In this document: in pieces, positions 9,672-19,774 of the stretch
Position numbering within the stretch: the stretch's first letter is position 1
How the letters are laid out: the number at the start of each line of letters is the position of its first letter
Assembly: GCA_039588275.1 (NCBI GenBank)
Contig: JBDHAC010000058.1
Coordinates: forward strand, 1 to 60,307
Reading direction: 5' to 3'
Origin: Gemmatimonadota bacterium
Lineage (GTDB): Bacteria; Gemmatimonadota; Gemmatimonadetes; Palauibacterales; Palauibacteraceae
Length of the DNA: 60,307 nucleotides
Program-made: the position numbers and the translations under genes
Notes under the pieces: generated by a model
Told to the model about the DNA's origin: nothing
The model's database searches: none
Seen by the model: the letters and a program-made list of their open reading frames with translations, nothing else

Positions 9672-12600
9672 ATGGGGCTCCTCCACTTCTACCGCACTCC
9701 CGGCCTATCCCACGCTGCCCGGAAGACACTGCTCCAAAGAGCGCGCGAGCGCATCTCCCCCGACATCACGAGTCTTGATACGGAGTTCTGCTTCAACGTC
9801 GAATCGGACGGCGAGCTGACCGCTCAGGACTTGCGCGTCCTCACCTGGTTGCTGCGCGAGACGTTCGAGCCGGAGAAGTTCGACCGAGCGAGCTTCCTGG
9901 ATGGTGACGGTGGGGCGGGCGTCATCCTCGAAATCGGTCCGCGGATGAGCTTCACCACCGCGTGGTCCACCAACGCGGTATCGGTGTGCCACGCGTGTGG
10001 CCTGGAGCGCATCAACCGGATCGAGCGGTCGCGACGCTACGCTCTCAGATCAGCGTCGCCGTTGGCCGAAGATCGGGTGACCGCCTTCCTTGGCGAGCTC
10101 CACGACCGAATGACCGAGTGCCCGTATCCGGAGCCGTTGGTCAGCTTCGAGGCGGGCTTCGAGCCGGCGCGCGTGTGCGAGATCCCGCTTCTGGAGGAGG
10201 GTCGCGCCGCGCTCGAGCGGATCAACCGCGAGATGGGGCTCGCATTCGACGAGTGGGACCTCGACTACTACTCCCGTCTCTTCACCGAGCGGATCGGCCG
10301 AAACCCAACGGATGTCGAGTGCTTCGACATTGCGCAATCCAACAGTGAGCACTCACGGCACTGGTTCTTCAAGGGACGCCTGGTCATCGATGGCGAGGAG
10401 CTCCCGAAGCACCTGATGGGGCTCATCCGCGAACCGCTGGACGCGAGCCCGGACAACAGCGTCATCGCGTTCAAGGACAACTCCAGCGGTATCATCGGAT
10501 ATCCGATTCGAACTATCGTTCCGGCGCTCCCGGGCGAGCCCTCTCCGTTCATGGCGACGGATCTGGACTACCACATCATCTTCACGGCCGAGACGCACAA
10601 TTTCCCCTCGGGCGTAGCGCCGTTCCCCGGCGCGGAGACGGGGACGGGGGGCCGCATCCGGGACGTGCACGCCGCCGGTCAAGGAAGCCTGGTCGTCGCG
10701 GGGACGGCGGCTTACTGCGTCGGCAACCTCCACCTGCCCGGCTACCGCCTGCCGTGGGAGGACGAGAGCTTCGCATACCCCGGCAACCTCGCCTCGCCGC
10801 TACAGATCGAGATCGAAGCCAGCGACGGGGCCTCGGACTACGGGAACAAGTTCGGCGAGCCCGTCATTCAGGGGTACACGCGCTCCTTTGGACTACGCCT
10901 GCCGGGCGGCGAGCGCCGCGAATGGGTGAAGCCGATCATGTTCAGCGGCGGGATCGGCCAGATCGATGCGCGCCACACCGAGAAAGACAAGCCGGAAGAG
11001 GGCATGTGGGTGGTGAAGATCGGGGGCCCCGCGTACCGGATCGGCATCGGGGGTGGTGCCGCTTCCAGCATGGTGCAGGGCGAGAATGTCGCGGAGCTCG
11101 ACTTCAACGCGGTCCAGCGTGGCGACGCCGAGATGGAACAGAAGGTCAACCGCGTTCTGCGCGCGTGCGTGGAGCTTGGCGACGCCAACCCCATCATCAG
11201 CATCCACGATCAGGGCGCTGGCGGCAACTGCAACGTCCTGAAGGAGATCGTCGAGCCGGCGGGGGCCCGCATCGAGGTACGATCGATTCCCCTCGGGGAT
11301 GACACCCTCTCCGTGCTGGAGATCTGGGGCGCCGAATACCAGGAGGATGACGCCGTCCTGCTGCGCCCCGAGCACGAGACCCTGTTCCGGGATCTGTGCA
11401 CGAGGGAGAAGGTCCCTGTCGCGTTCGTTGGCCGCGTGACGGGAGATGGCCGGGTCGTGCTCCACGATGAGCGGGACGGGTCGACGCCCGTGGACCTCGA
11501 CCTGGAGGCGGTTCTGGGCGACATGCCGCAAAAGACCTTCGACCTCGAGCGCGCCCGGCCCGAGCTCTACCCCCTCGAACTCCCTGACGGGCTCACCGTC
11601 CGCGACGGCCTCGATGGCGTATTGCGCCTGCTCTCGGTCGGGTCGAAACGCTTCCTCACCACGAAGGTCGACCGCAGCGTCACGGGCCTGGTCGCGCGGC
11701 AGCAATGTGCGGGGCCGCTACAACTGACCGTGGCGGACGTAGCGGTAATCGCGCAGAGCCACTTCGGCACCACCGGCGCGGCCACGGCGATCGGCGAGCA
11801 GCCGATCAAGGGTCTGATCGACCCGGCGGTCATGGCCCGAATGTGCGTCGGAGAGGCGCTCACCAACCTCGTCTGGGCGCGGGTGAGCGGGCTGGAGGAC
11901 GTGAAGTGCTCCGCCAACTGGATGTGGGCCGCGAAGCTGCCCGGCGAGGGCGCCGCCCTCGCGGATGCGGCGGTGGCGTTGAGCGAAGCCATGCTCCGAC
12001 TGAGCGTCGCGATCGACGGCGGCAAGGACAGCCTGTCAATGGCGGCGATCGCACCGGGACCGAACGGCGAGGACGAGGTCGTGAAGTCGCCGGGCTCGCT
12101 CGTCATCTCGGCCTACGTGACCTCGCCCGACATCACGCAAACCGTGACCCCGGACCTCAAGCTGCCCGGGTCGGGTCGCATCCTGTACGTGGATCTCGGG
12201 GGTGGGCGGCAGCGGCTCGGTGGCTCGGCGCTCGCACAGGTCTTCGGACAGCTCGGTGACGAATCTCCCGATCTCGAGGATCCCGACGTTCTGAAGCGGG
12301 CCTTCGCGGTCGTACAGGAACTGATCGCCGCCGACCTGATCAGTGCCGGCCACGACAGGAGCGATGGTGGCCTCATCACGGCGCTCCTCGAGATGGCGTT
12401 CGCCGGGGATTGCGGGATCGACGTGGAGATCGAATCCCGCGTACCACCCGAGCGTGGCGCCGCAGAAGGGCCCGCTCTCCAGCCACGCGCATCCGCGGAG
12501 GCGGTCCCGTTCTTCTTCAACGAGGAGCTCGGTCTCGTGCTGGAGGTGGATCCGGAGCACGAGGAGCGCGCTCTGGCGGCATTTGCCGGGGCCGAGATCG

Positions 12601-13655
12601 GCTGCATTCCGATCGGCCGTACGGCGGATGACATGACCGTCCGGGTCCGGTACGAGGGTGCGGAAATCCTGAGCGAGGACGTCCGTGACCTGCGGGACTC
12701 GTGGGAGGACACCAGCTTCCGACTCGATGCGCTCCAGGCCGACCCCACGTGCGTCGAGCAGGAACGATCCGGGTTGCGACGTCGATCGGCGCCGCCCTTC
12801 GCGCTCGGGTTCGAGCCCGCCCCGCCCCCCGCGGTGATCATCGAGTCCGACGACAGGCCCGAGGTGGCCATCGTGCGTGAGGAGGGCAGCAACGGCGACC
12901 GGGAGATGACGTCGGCCTTTTACGCGGCCGGGTTCGAGCCGTGGGACGTCACGATGACCGACCTGCTCGCGGATCGAATCACTCTTGAGCGCTTCCGCGG
13001 CGTAGTATTCGTGGGCGGCTTCAGCTACGCGGACGTGCTCGATTCGGCCAAGGGCTGGGCGGGCGTGATCCGCTTTCACGAGGAGTTGGAGCGACAGTTC
13101 ACCGACTTCGCGAACCGGCCCGACACGTTCAGCCTCGGCGTATGTAACGGGTGCCAGCTCGAAGCGCTGCTCGGCTGGGTCCCCTGGCAGGGGATCGCCG
13201 ACGACATCCGACCCCGGTTCATCCGAAACGCATCGGGGCGTTTCGAGTCCCGTTTCTCGACTGTACGAATACAGGAGAGCCCGGCGATCATGCTCCAGGG
13301 CATGGAGGGGTCGACGCTCGGGATCTGGGTGGCTCACGGTGAAGGGCGAGCGTTGTTCCCCGATCCCGCCATCCTCGAGCGGGTCGAGCGACAGGGCCTG
13401 GCCCCCGTGCGCTTCGTGGATGACGCCGGTCAGATCACCGAGGACTACCCCTTCAACCCCAACGGCTCCCCCCGTGGCATCGCCGGATTGTGCTCACCCG
13501 ATGGCCGCCACCTGACCATGATGCCGCACCCGGAGCGCACCTTCCTCAAATGGCAGTGGGGGTGGATGCCCGAGGAGTGGAAGCGCACGCTGCTCGCTTC
13601 ACCCTGGCTCCGCATGTTCCAGAACGCGCGCGAGTGGTGCAGGCGAGTCTGCTAG
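9672..13655 (+). CDS. purL: Phosphoribosylformylglycinamidine synthase, single-chain large type
   Basis: 1327 aa; QSNSEHSRH, ETHNFP, GGKDSLSM, HDRSDGG; glutaminase domain GGFSYAD, GVCNGCQ, MMPHPER. Confidence 0.97.
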   Translation: MGLLHFYRTPGLSHAARKTLLQRARERISPDITSLDTEFCFNVESDGELTAQDLRVLTWLLRETFEPEKFDRASFLDGDGGAGVILEIGPRMSFTTAWSTNAVSVCHACGLERINRIERSRRYALRSASPLAEDRVTAFLGELHDRMTECPYPEPLVSFEAGFEPARVCEIPLLEEGRAALERINREMGLAFDEWDLDYYSRLFTERIGRNPTDVECFDIAQSNSEHSRHWFFKGRLVIDGEELPKHLMGLIREPLDASPDNSVIAFKDNSSGIIGYPIRTIVPALPGEPSPFMATDLDYHIIFTAETHNFPSGVAPFPGAETGTGGRIRDVHAAGQGSLVVAGTAAYCVGNLHLPGYRLPWEDESFAYPGNLASPLQIEIEASDGASDYGNKFGEPVIQGYTRSFGLRLPGGERREWVKPIMFSGGIGQIDARHTEKDKPEEGMWVVKIGGPAYRIGIGGGAASSMVQGENVAELDFNAVQRGDAEMEQKVNRVLRACVELGDANPIISIHDQGAGGNCNVLKEIVEPAGARIEVRSIPLGDDTLSVLEIWGAEYQEDDAVLLRPEHETLFRDLCTREKVPVAFVGRVTGDGRVVLHDERDGSTPVDLDLEAVLGDMPQKTFDLERARPELYPLELPDGLTVRDGLDGVLRLLSVGSKRFLTTKVDRSVTGLVARQQCAGPLQLTVADVAVIAQSHFGTTGAATAIGEQPIKGLIDPAVMARMCVGEALTNLVWARVSGLEDVKCSANWMWAAKLPGEGAALADAAVALSEAMLRLSVAIDGGKDSLSMAAIAPGPNGEDEVVKSPGSLVISAYVTSPDITQTVTPDLKLPGSGRILYVDLGGGRQRLGGSALAQVFGQLGDESPDLEDPDVLKRAFAVVQELIAADLISAGHDRSDGGLITALLEMAFAGDCGIDVEIESRVPPERGAAEGPALQPRASAEAVPFFFNEELGLVLEVDPEHEERALAAFAGAEIGCIPIGRTADDMTVRVRYEGAEILSEDVRDLRDSWEDTSFRLDALQADPTCVEQERSGLRRRSAPPFALGFEPAPPPAVIIESDDRPEVAIVREEGSNGDREMTSAFYAAGFEPWDVTMTDLLADRITLERFRGVVFVGGFSYADVLDSAKGWAGVIRFHEELERQFTDFANRPDTFSLGVCNGCQLEALLGWVPWQGIADDIRPRFIRNASGRFESRFSTVRIQESPAIMLQGMEGSTLGIWVAHGEGRALFPDPAILERVERQGLAPVRFVDDAGQITEDYPFNPNGSPRGIAGLCSPDGRHLTMMPHPERTFLKWQWGWMPEEWKRTLLASPWLRMFQNAREWCRRVC

Positions 13656-13666
13656 CGAGTCTGCTA
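13643..13666 (+). repeat. 12-bp tandem duplication spanning the purL stop codon
   Basis: GCGAGTCTGCTA x2. Confidence 0.8.
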
Positions 13667-13908
13667 GCGGACCCGTTGCCCACGCGGTCGCCAAACCCGC
13701 TGCCACGCGGTGGAAGTGCCATGAGGAGGGGGAGGATCGTCGCGCGTCGAACCTTTTCGCTCTTCGCGTAGTCTTACCGTATACGGACATCGTTGCAGCC
13801 GCCGGCCGCGGACGAGGTAGTACGGGCGCCTGAGCCGCTCTATACTCCGTGGGCACGGAGTCGCGCAGCCGTACCGGCGGCGCGGATCGGCTCTGATCAG
13901 ACATAGAT

Positions 13909-15693
13909 ATGGCAGGCTTCGGACAACTCATCCGCGACGTTCGTAAACGCCACCTCGTGCAGGTAGCTCTCATCTACCTCGGGGTGGCGTGGGGGCTGAC
14001 CGAGGCCACGGGTTTCTTGATCGACAACTACGCGTTGTCGCGGAAGCTCCTCGATGTCGTGCTCCTGCTCCTGATTCTGGGGTTCCCTGCCGCCCTGGTC
14101 ATCGCATGGTATCACGGGGAGCAGGGACCTCAGGAGGTCACGAGGGGCGAAGTCGTGATCCTGACCCTCTTCCTCGTCCTCGCAGGCGTGGGTACGTATC
14201 GCATCGGGGTAGGGGAGGAAGTCACTCGACCGGAGTCGACCGCATCGGCCCCGGCAGACCTCGGCCAGAGATCGGTCGCGGTCCTCCCCTTCACGAACAA
14301 CACGGGGGCGGACAGTCTCGACTGGCTGGGCCCCGGGCTCTCGGATCTCCTCACGAGCAACCTCGCGCAGGTAGAGGATCTCAGCGTCGTCAGCCCCCAA
14401 CGCCTGTTCGCGCTGCTGCGGGAGGAGGGACGGGAGGAGACCGAGTCGATCCCCGACCAGTTCGCGCTCCAGATCGCCTCGCGGTCCGGTGCGCGGGTCA
14501 TGGCGCGTGGGTCGATCCTGGGCTCGGCGGACGATCTCCGAATTGACGTGCAGCTAATCGATCTGGAGGACGGAACGGTCCTCGGGGCGGAGAGAGCCCG
14601 CGGCACCGACCTCTTCGCGCTCGCCGATACCTTGTCCACGAGGCTGTCCGGTAGGTTGCTGGGGGCGCCCGACGGCCGCGTCCTGGCCAAAGAGGGAAGG
14701 GAGCCGCCCTCCCGGTCGCCGTTGGCTCTGACCGGCGACCTGGACGCGTACCGTGAGTACCAGACCGATCTCCGCAGCCGTTGGCGAGAGCTCGACCCCG
14801 ACGACATCGGAGCCCGCTACCGACTTGCCGTGATGTACGAAAGGATGCCGGGGCGCATCGAGGAACAGAAGCAAATCCTGGAGGAGATCCTCGCCCTGGA
14901 TTCATCCTCGGCCCCGGCCTACCACGGGCTCGCCCGGATCGCTGCGCGAGCCGGTGACCTGCCGGCCGCCGACTCTCTGATTGCCCGCTACGAGGTGCTC
15001 GAGTCCGATCGCAGCGCCGCGAGCAGGTCGCTGGGGCAGTTCTACGAGGAAACGGGGCGATTCGAAACGGCACGCGAGCACTACGCTGCCGGAGCCCTCG
15101 CTCCGGGCACACCCGGGCTGGCGCCCGTCATGCGCACGTTCCTGCGTCAGGATCGCCCCGACAACGGGCGCCTCGCTCTACGACCCTATCTCGCGGGTGG
15201 GCAGCCGGAGCTGATAGCCGAGGCGCACCTGCTGACAGGTGACAGCCACGCCTGGGAGGGGCGGTTCGAAGAGGCATTGGAGTCGTATCTGGCCGCGACG
15301 GACGTCGCCTCGGCCGGCGGGCTGGATGAGTTGCGTTCAGTGGCGGTCGAGAGCACGCTCGAGTTGGAGGAGCTCCTGAACGCAGAGCGCCCCGCGATCT
15401 TCAACCGCTCGATCTGGAAGCTCATCGAGCTGGGACGGGGTGATCGGGCCCTGGACCTGATCGCCGCCGCAGAGGAGCTCCACCTGCGCGATGCGGAACG
15501 CCTGGTGCCGGTCCGCTACTTCGTGCTGCAATACGCGCGCGCGCGCTCGCTGGAGCTTCTGGACATGCCCGAGGGCTCGGCACGGATCTACGACGAGCTA
15601 CTGGGACGTTGGGGGGACGCTTCCGCCGGGGTGCCCCTGATGCGTGATCTGCCCGAGCGCGCCGCGAGGCTTGCGGGCGAGTCGGCTGGCTAA
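13909..15693 (+). CDS. Membrane protein with TolB-like/FlgO-type domain and TPR repeats
   Basis: Three N-terminal TM segments (RHLVQVALIYLGVAW...GFPAALVIAWYHG); SVAVLPFTN motif; helical TPR-like C-terminus. Confidence 0.75.
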   Translation: MAGFGQLIRDVRKRHLVQVALIYLGVAWGLTEATGFLIDNYALSRKLLDVVLLLLILGFPAALVIAWYHGEQGPQEVTRGEVVILTLFLVLAGVGTYRIGVGEEVTRPESTASAPADLGQRSVAVLPFTNNTGADSLDWLGPGLSDLLTSNLAQVEDLSVVSPQRLFALLREEGREETESIPDQFALQIASRSGARVMARGSILGSADDLRIDVQLIDLEDGTVLGAERARGTDLFALADTLSTRLSGRLLGAPDGRVLAKEGREPPSRSPLALTGDLDAYREYQTDLRSRWRELDPDDIGARYRLAVMYERMPGRIEEQKQILEEILALDSSSAPAYHGLARIAARAGDLPAADSLIARYEVLESDRSAASRSLGQFYEETGRFETAREHYAAGALAPGTPGLAPVMRTFLRQDRPDNGRLALRPYLAGGQPELIAEAHLLTGDSHAWEGRFEEALESYLAATDVASAGGLDELRSVAVESTLELEELLNAERPAIFNRSIWKLIELGRGDRALDLIAAAEELHLRDAERLVPVRYFVLQYARARSLELLDMPEGSARIYDELLGRWGDASAGVPLMRDLPERAARLAGESAG

Positions 15694-15815
15694 CCGGCGT
15701 CCGAGCGAACGCGACATCCCTCCCGTCCCGGTCGCTCGTGTTGCCCGCCATGTCCGTGAAGGGCAGCTTTGGGAGTAGTCGACCGCTCCCCCACGCGCAC
15801 GCGAAACGTCAGGTC

Positions 15816-16247
15816 ATGCCGTCCAACACCAGGTCCCGGGGCGCCGGAGTCGCGCTCTCATCCTTGTCCGCTGCCGTGCTGCTCGTCTTCGCGGGCTGCG
15901 CGACGGGTCGGACAGATACGGCGACGCCCGGTGGCGAGCGCGTATTCGACCATGCGGCGCAGTACCGTGTCAGCTGCAGCCCCCGCAGCGAGTGCCACAT
16001 TCGGTATGTGGATGAGGACGGCTCGCTCAAAGACGAGACCGTGCTGGGCGAATGGACGCGGGAGCTTGGAGCCGAAACGGGAGCGCGGCTGTGGCTGCAG
16101 GTTGCCGGCGGCGGCTGCCCCCCCTCCACCATCACGGCATCGATCTGGATCGATGGAGAACCCCGCGCACACCGAACCGACAGCCCATCCCCCGAGGTGC
16201 GTTGTCAGTGGCTGACCGCGGTCGCCGCCTACGAGGTACCCGGGTGA
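15816..16247 (+). CDS. Hypothetical lipoprotein
   Basis: Lipobox FAGC after a hydrophobic stretch; start uncertain (15738 or 15816). Confidence 0.6.
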   Translation: MPSNTRSRGAGVALSSLSAAVLLVFAGCATGRTDTATPGGERVFDHAAQYRVSCSPRSECHIRYVDEDGSLKDETVLGEWTRELGAETGARLWLQVAGGGCPPSTITASIWIDGEPRAHRTDSPSPEVRCQWLTAVAAYEVPG

Positions 16248-16289
16248 GGCCGCGGCACGCCAAGGTGGAGACCACCGAGCGGGCGCCGA

Positions 16290-16883
16290 ATGCGTAGGCT
16301 GTCACTCTGGGTACTGCGGCTGATCGGTTGGCGCATGGAAGGCCAGCTCCCCGGTCCGAAGTGTGTGCTGATCGGCGCGCCTCACACGTCGAACTGGGAT
16401 TTTCCGATCGGCCTGCTGCTCTTCTGGAGCCTCGATATCGACGCCCACTGGGTGGCCAAGCACACCATCTTCAGGTGGCCGATCAGGGGGCTCCTGCGAG
16501 CCCTTGGCGGGATCCCTCTGGACCGGACGAATACGGAGAACTTCGTCGACCAGATGGTCGAGCGCTTCGCGCTCAGCGAGCGGCTGGTCTTCGCGCTCGC
16601 GCCGGAGGGAACCAGAAAGCACACCGACTACTGGCGCAGCGGGTTCTACTGGATCGCGCACGGGGCGGGTGTGCCGATCGCGCTTGCCTACGCCGACTAC
16701 GCCCGCAAGGTAGGAGGGATCGGACCCTCGTTCGTGCCGACCGGCGACATCGAGTCCGACATGGAGAAGATCCGCGCGTTCTATGCCGACAAGGTCGGCA
16801 AGCACCCCGAGAAGCTGGGCAGCATTCGGCTGCGGTCCGAGGCGGAAGAGGCTGGCGCCTCTTCCGCGGTTCCGAGCGCCTGA
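16290..16883 (+). CDS. Lysophospholipid / 1-acyl-sn-glycerol-3-phosphate acyltransferase family
   Basis: APHTSNWD (HxxxxD), PEGTR, WRSGFY motifs. Confidence 0.92.
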   Translation: MRRLSLWVLRLIGWRMEGQLPGPKCVLIGAPHTSNWDFPIGLLLFWSLDIDAHWVAKHTIFRWPIRGLLRALGGIPLDRTNTENFVDQMVERFALSERLVFALAPEGTRKHTDYWRSGFYWIAHGAGVPIALAYADYARKVGGIGPSFVPTGDIESDMEKIRAFYADKVGKHPEKLGSIRLRSEAEEAGASSAVPSA

Positions 16884-16916
16884 ATCCTCTCCGCAGAGAC
16901 TACTTCCGGCGTCCCG

Positions 16917-17648
16917 TCACCTGCGGTAGCGGACGTAGATGCCTTCCGGGGTGCCCTCCGACAGCGATTCGTAGTCGTAGACCCAGGAGAGCACCCCGCC
17001 GGTCTGCGACGTCGCGTTGTGCTCGACGATTTCGAAGGGGGCCTCGATCGTGAACGCGATCCGGAGGTTACGGAACATGTCCGCGACGAGTCCCTCCTTG
17101 CCGCCCATCATCCCGGCGTTCTTCTCCGCCTCTTCGACCGGGTTGATCGGGTCCTGTCGAATCACGACCGTGTTGCCCTCTTCGACCACTTCCAGGCCAC
17201 CGAATGGACGCGAGTCGGTGGGCCCGGCCTCGCCCCCGGCGAGGTCCATCTGGTTCAACAGCGAGACGTGATCGAACCGCAGGTCGACCGCGATCGACGT
17301 GCGCAGACCCTCGGTGGTCTGCTGGGCGCCGAGCAGCTCCACGCCCTCGGGTAAATCCTCCGCGACCTCGGCCTCGATGTTCTCTTCTTCGAGCGCCCCG
17401 TCTTCCATCTCTCCTAGCAGCTCTTCCCGCGCCGCCGCGATCTCCTCGTCGCTCGGTGGCCCCTCCTCGCCGGCGAAGCCACGCTGGAAGCTCGCCATCG
17501 CGACCGCCATCTGTTCGAGGTCGATCGTCACGTCTAGCCCCGCGGTCCCGGACAGGTCTTCCTCCAGGACGAGCGCGTACTCCATTTGGAAGCACGCCGT
17601 GGAGATGAGCGCGGCGAACAGGAATGAGAAGAAACGGGTGGTCTTCAT
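16917..17648 (-). CDS. Hypothetical lipoprotein
   Basis: MKTTRFFSFLFAALISTAC lipobox; RBS GGAG; C-terminal HNAT...LSW. Confidence 0.75.
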   Translation of the reverse strand: MKTTRFFSFLFAALISTACFQMEYALVLEEDLSGTAGLDVTIDLEQMAVAMASFQRGFAGEEGPPSDEEIAAAREELLGEMEDGALEEENIEAEVAEDLPEGVELLGAQQTTEGLRTSIAVDLRFDHVSLLNQMDLAGGEAGPTDSRPFGGLEVVEEGNTVVIRQDPINPVEEAEKNAGMMGGKEGLVADMFRNLRIAFTIEAPFEIVEHNATSQTGGVLSWVYDYESLSEGTPEGIYVRYRR

Positions 17649-17758
17649 CGACGATCTCCCGGCTGAGCGCTTTCGGTTACCCCTCAATATCGTCGGACCG
17701 GTGGACCCCCGTTGCAAGGGGCCCGACCGGTCCGAGCCAGCGAGGAACGTGTGAGGTG

Positions 17759-18244
17759 CTAGAGTTCGGCTTCTAACAGCCGATCGATCAGGCCCCGGTA
17801 GCCTTTCATCGCTATGCGCAGGTCTTCGGTCGAAGTGGGCTCGTTCCCGCGGTCCCACTGCCGCACCAGATCGTCTCGCCCACGGGCGAAGTAATCGCTG
17901 ATTCGCTTGAGGACGACGTCCACGAGGTTGTCCGCCTGTTCACACGCCCTTCTCGGGTCGTCGATGAAGCTGGCCTGGATGTCGGCCCAGCGGCCGCGGA
18001 AATCGGTCACGTCATCGCGGGAGATACCGCCGCTGACTCCCGGAGGGGTTTCTTCAGGAGTCTCCGAAGTCTGTCCGCTCCCGGACCCGATGTCCGTCCC
18101 GCGGTCGGGCTCGAGGTCCTCGAGAAAGTCGAACCCCACGTCGATGTCGGAGTCCACGTCCACCCCGCTCAAGTCATTGTCGGACGGCTCGATATCGCCC
18201 GGTTCGCCGGCGAAATACGCCTCGTCGCTCGCCCCCTCGCGCAT
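17759..18244 (-). CDS. Hypothetical protein
   Basis: Acidic N-terminus; helical C-terminal domain RWADIQASFIDDPRRA..QAD..TEDLRIA...YRGL; start chosen at ATG 18244. Confidence 0.65.
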   Translation of the reverse strand: MREGASDEAYFAGEPGDIEPSDNDLSGVDVDSDIDVGFDFLEDLEPDRGTDIGSGSGQTSETPEETPPGVSGGISRDDVTDFRGRWADIQASFIDDPRRACEQADNLVDVVLKRISDYFARGRDDLVRQWDRGNEPTSTEDLRIAMKGYRGLIDRLLEAEL

Positions 18245-18447
18245 GGCTCTCACTCTTCCTGCAAGATTTTCGCTCTTTGCCAGACCCGCGCCTCGATGCG
18301 ACGAGTCAGGGCAACGGTGTGCCGGGCAGTTGGGCGGGTTGAAACGGGCGTTTGAGCCACGTCTCCGCGGGTCCCCCCGGTCGCCCGACACCCGTTACCG
18401 GCGTGCGGGAGGCGCAAGCGCAGTGCCACTTGTGGCAGGGGGAGGGA

Positions 18448-18495
18448 GGCTCGGCAGGTGCCTCAGCGGGGGGGCTCGGCAGGTGCCTCAGCGGG
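18448..18495. repeat. 23-bp direct repeat x2 (25-bp period), intergenic
   Basis: GGCTCGGCAGGTGCCTCAGCGGG at 18448-18470 and 18473-18495. Confidence 0.9.
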
Positions 18496-18511
18496 TGGAC
18501 TCAGCGAGAGG

Positions 18512-19615
18512 CTATACGCCCAGGGCGGTCTCCTCGATCAGGTGATCCACGACCGCCTTCAGATCGCCGGTTTTCTCGTACACGGCCATCTGTCGCTGAG
18601 CGCTGGAGCCTCGCTCGAGGATGTCGAGGGCGTGCCTTACCTCCTCGCGGCTACCGAGGTCGTCGACCACATCGTCCAGGAACCACTCGACCAGCTCCCG
18701 GATCAACTCGGGGGCCGGGAGCTCTGTCTGTTTGCCGAAGTCGATGAGCTTCCCCGTGATGCCGTAGCGGGCGGCCCGCCACTTGTTGGCCTCGATCAGG
18801 GCCTCGGGGTAGATGCGGAACGTCAGGTTGTCCCGCCGCAGCTTCCACAGCTTCGCGACGATGGCCTGAAAGATCGCCGCGATGCCCACCACGTCGTCGA
18901 CCCGGGTGCACATGTCGCAAACCCGGAACTCGAGCGTCGGGTAGCTGTGATTCGGGCGCAGATCCCACCAGATCTTGCTCGAGTCGGGGATTGAGCCGGA
19001 GCGCACCAGGGTCTCGACCATGTACTCGTACTCACCCCAGCTCGAGAACTTCTTGGGGAGCCCCGTGCGCGGGAAGTTTCGCCAGTTGATCGTTCGATAG
19101 GAGTGCAGTCCCGTCTTCCGTCCGCCCCAGAACGGGGAGCTGGTCGAGAGCGCGAGGACATGTGGCAGGAAGTATCGAGACACGTTCATCGCGTCGATGA
19201 GGAACTCTCGGTCCTCGATCCCCACGTGCACGTGCATCCCGAAGATCAGGTTTCGGGAGGCGACCTCCTGCAGATCCTCCTGGAGCCCGATATACCGCTC
19301 CAGCGGCGTGATCTCCTGCTCCGTCCAGGACGAGAACGGGTGCGTGCCCGCCGCCACGATTCGAAGACCCGCCTCGCCGACCTTCTGCGAAACGAGTCGT
19401 CGCATCCGCACCACCTCGGTTCGCGCCTCCTGAATGTTCTCGCAAACGGTGCTGGCTACTTCGACGACGGACTGGTGCAACTCGGGCTTCAGCTCGCGAA
19501 GCACGACGTGGTCGGATTCCAGGATCTCGGTAATGTAGGACGTGAGCCCGCGCGTCTCCGGATCTACGATCTGATACTCTTCCTCGATCCCGAGCGTCAG
19601 GGATGGCTCCTTCAT
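18512..19615 (-). CDS. Carboxylate-amine ligase (YbdK / glutamate-cysteine ligase family 2)
   Basis: TLGIEEEYQ, GTHPFS, GMHVHVG, LALSTSSPFW, WWDLRP, TLEFRVCD; GGAGG RBS. Confidence 0.93.
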   Translation of the reverse strand: MKEPSLTLGIEEEYQIVDPETRGLTSYITEILESDHVVLRELKPELHQSVVEVASTVCENIQEARTEVVRMRRLVSQKVGEAGLRIVAAGTHPFSSWTEQEITPLERYIGLQEDLQEVASRNLIFGMHVHVGIEDREFLIDAMNVSRYFLPHVLALSTSSPFWGGRKTGLHSYRTINWRNFPRTGLPKKFSSWGEYEYMVETLVRSGSIPDSSKIWWDLRPNHSYPTLEFRVCDMCTRVDDVVGIAAIFQAIVAKLWKLRRDNLTFRIYPEALIEANKWRAARYGITGKLIDFGKQTELPAPELIRELVEWFLDDVVDDLGSREEVRHALDILERGSSAQRQMAVYEKTGDLKAVVDHLIEETALGV

Positions 19616-19774
19616 GCTCTCTCCTCCGAGGCCGACGGTTCGTGCGATGTGGGCGGCTCCGCCAGGGGCGCTGTGGCGCAGTGCCAAGCTATGTGCCGGA
19701 CCGCGTGCGGCAACAATCCGGAGATCGGCAACGCCGGCGCCGGCCCGAGGCGCCGAACAATACCGGCGATCGGG

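Noticed and set aside
19680..19700. Sigma54 promoter for the YbdK-like gene
   Set aside because: The minus strand reads GG-N10-GG rather than the required GG-N10-GC.
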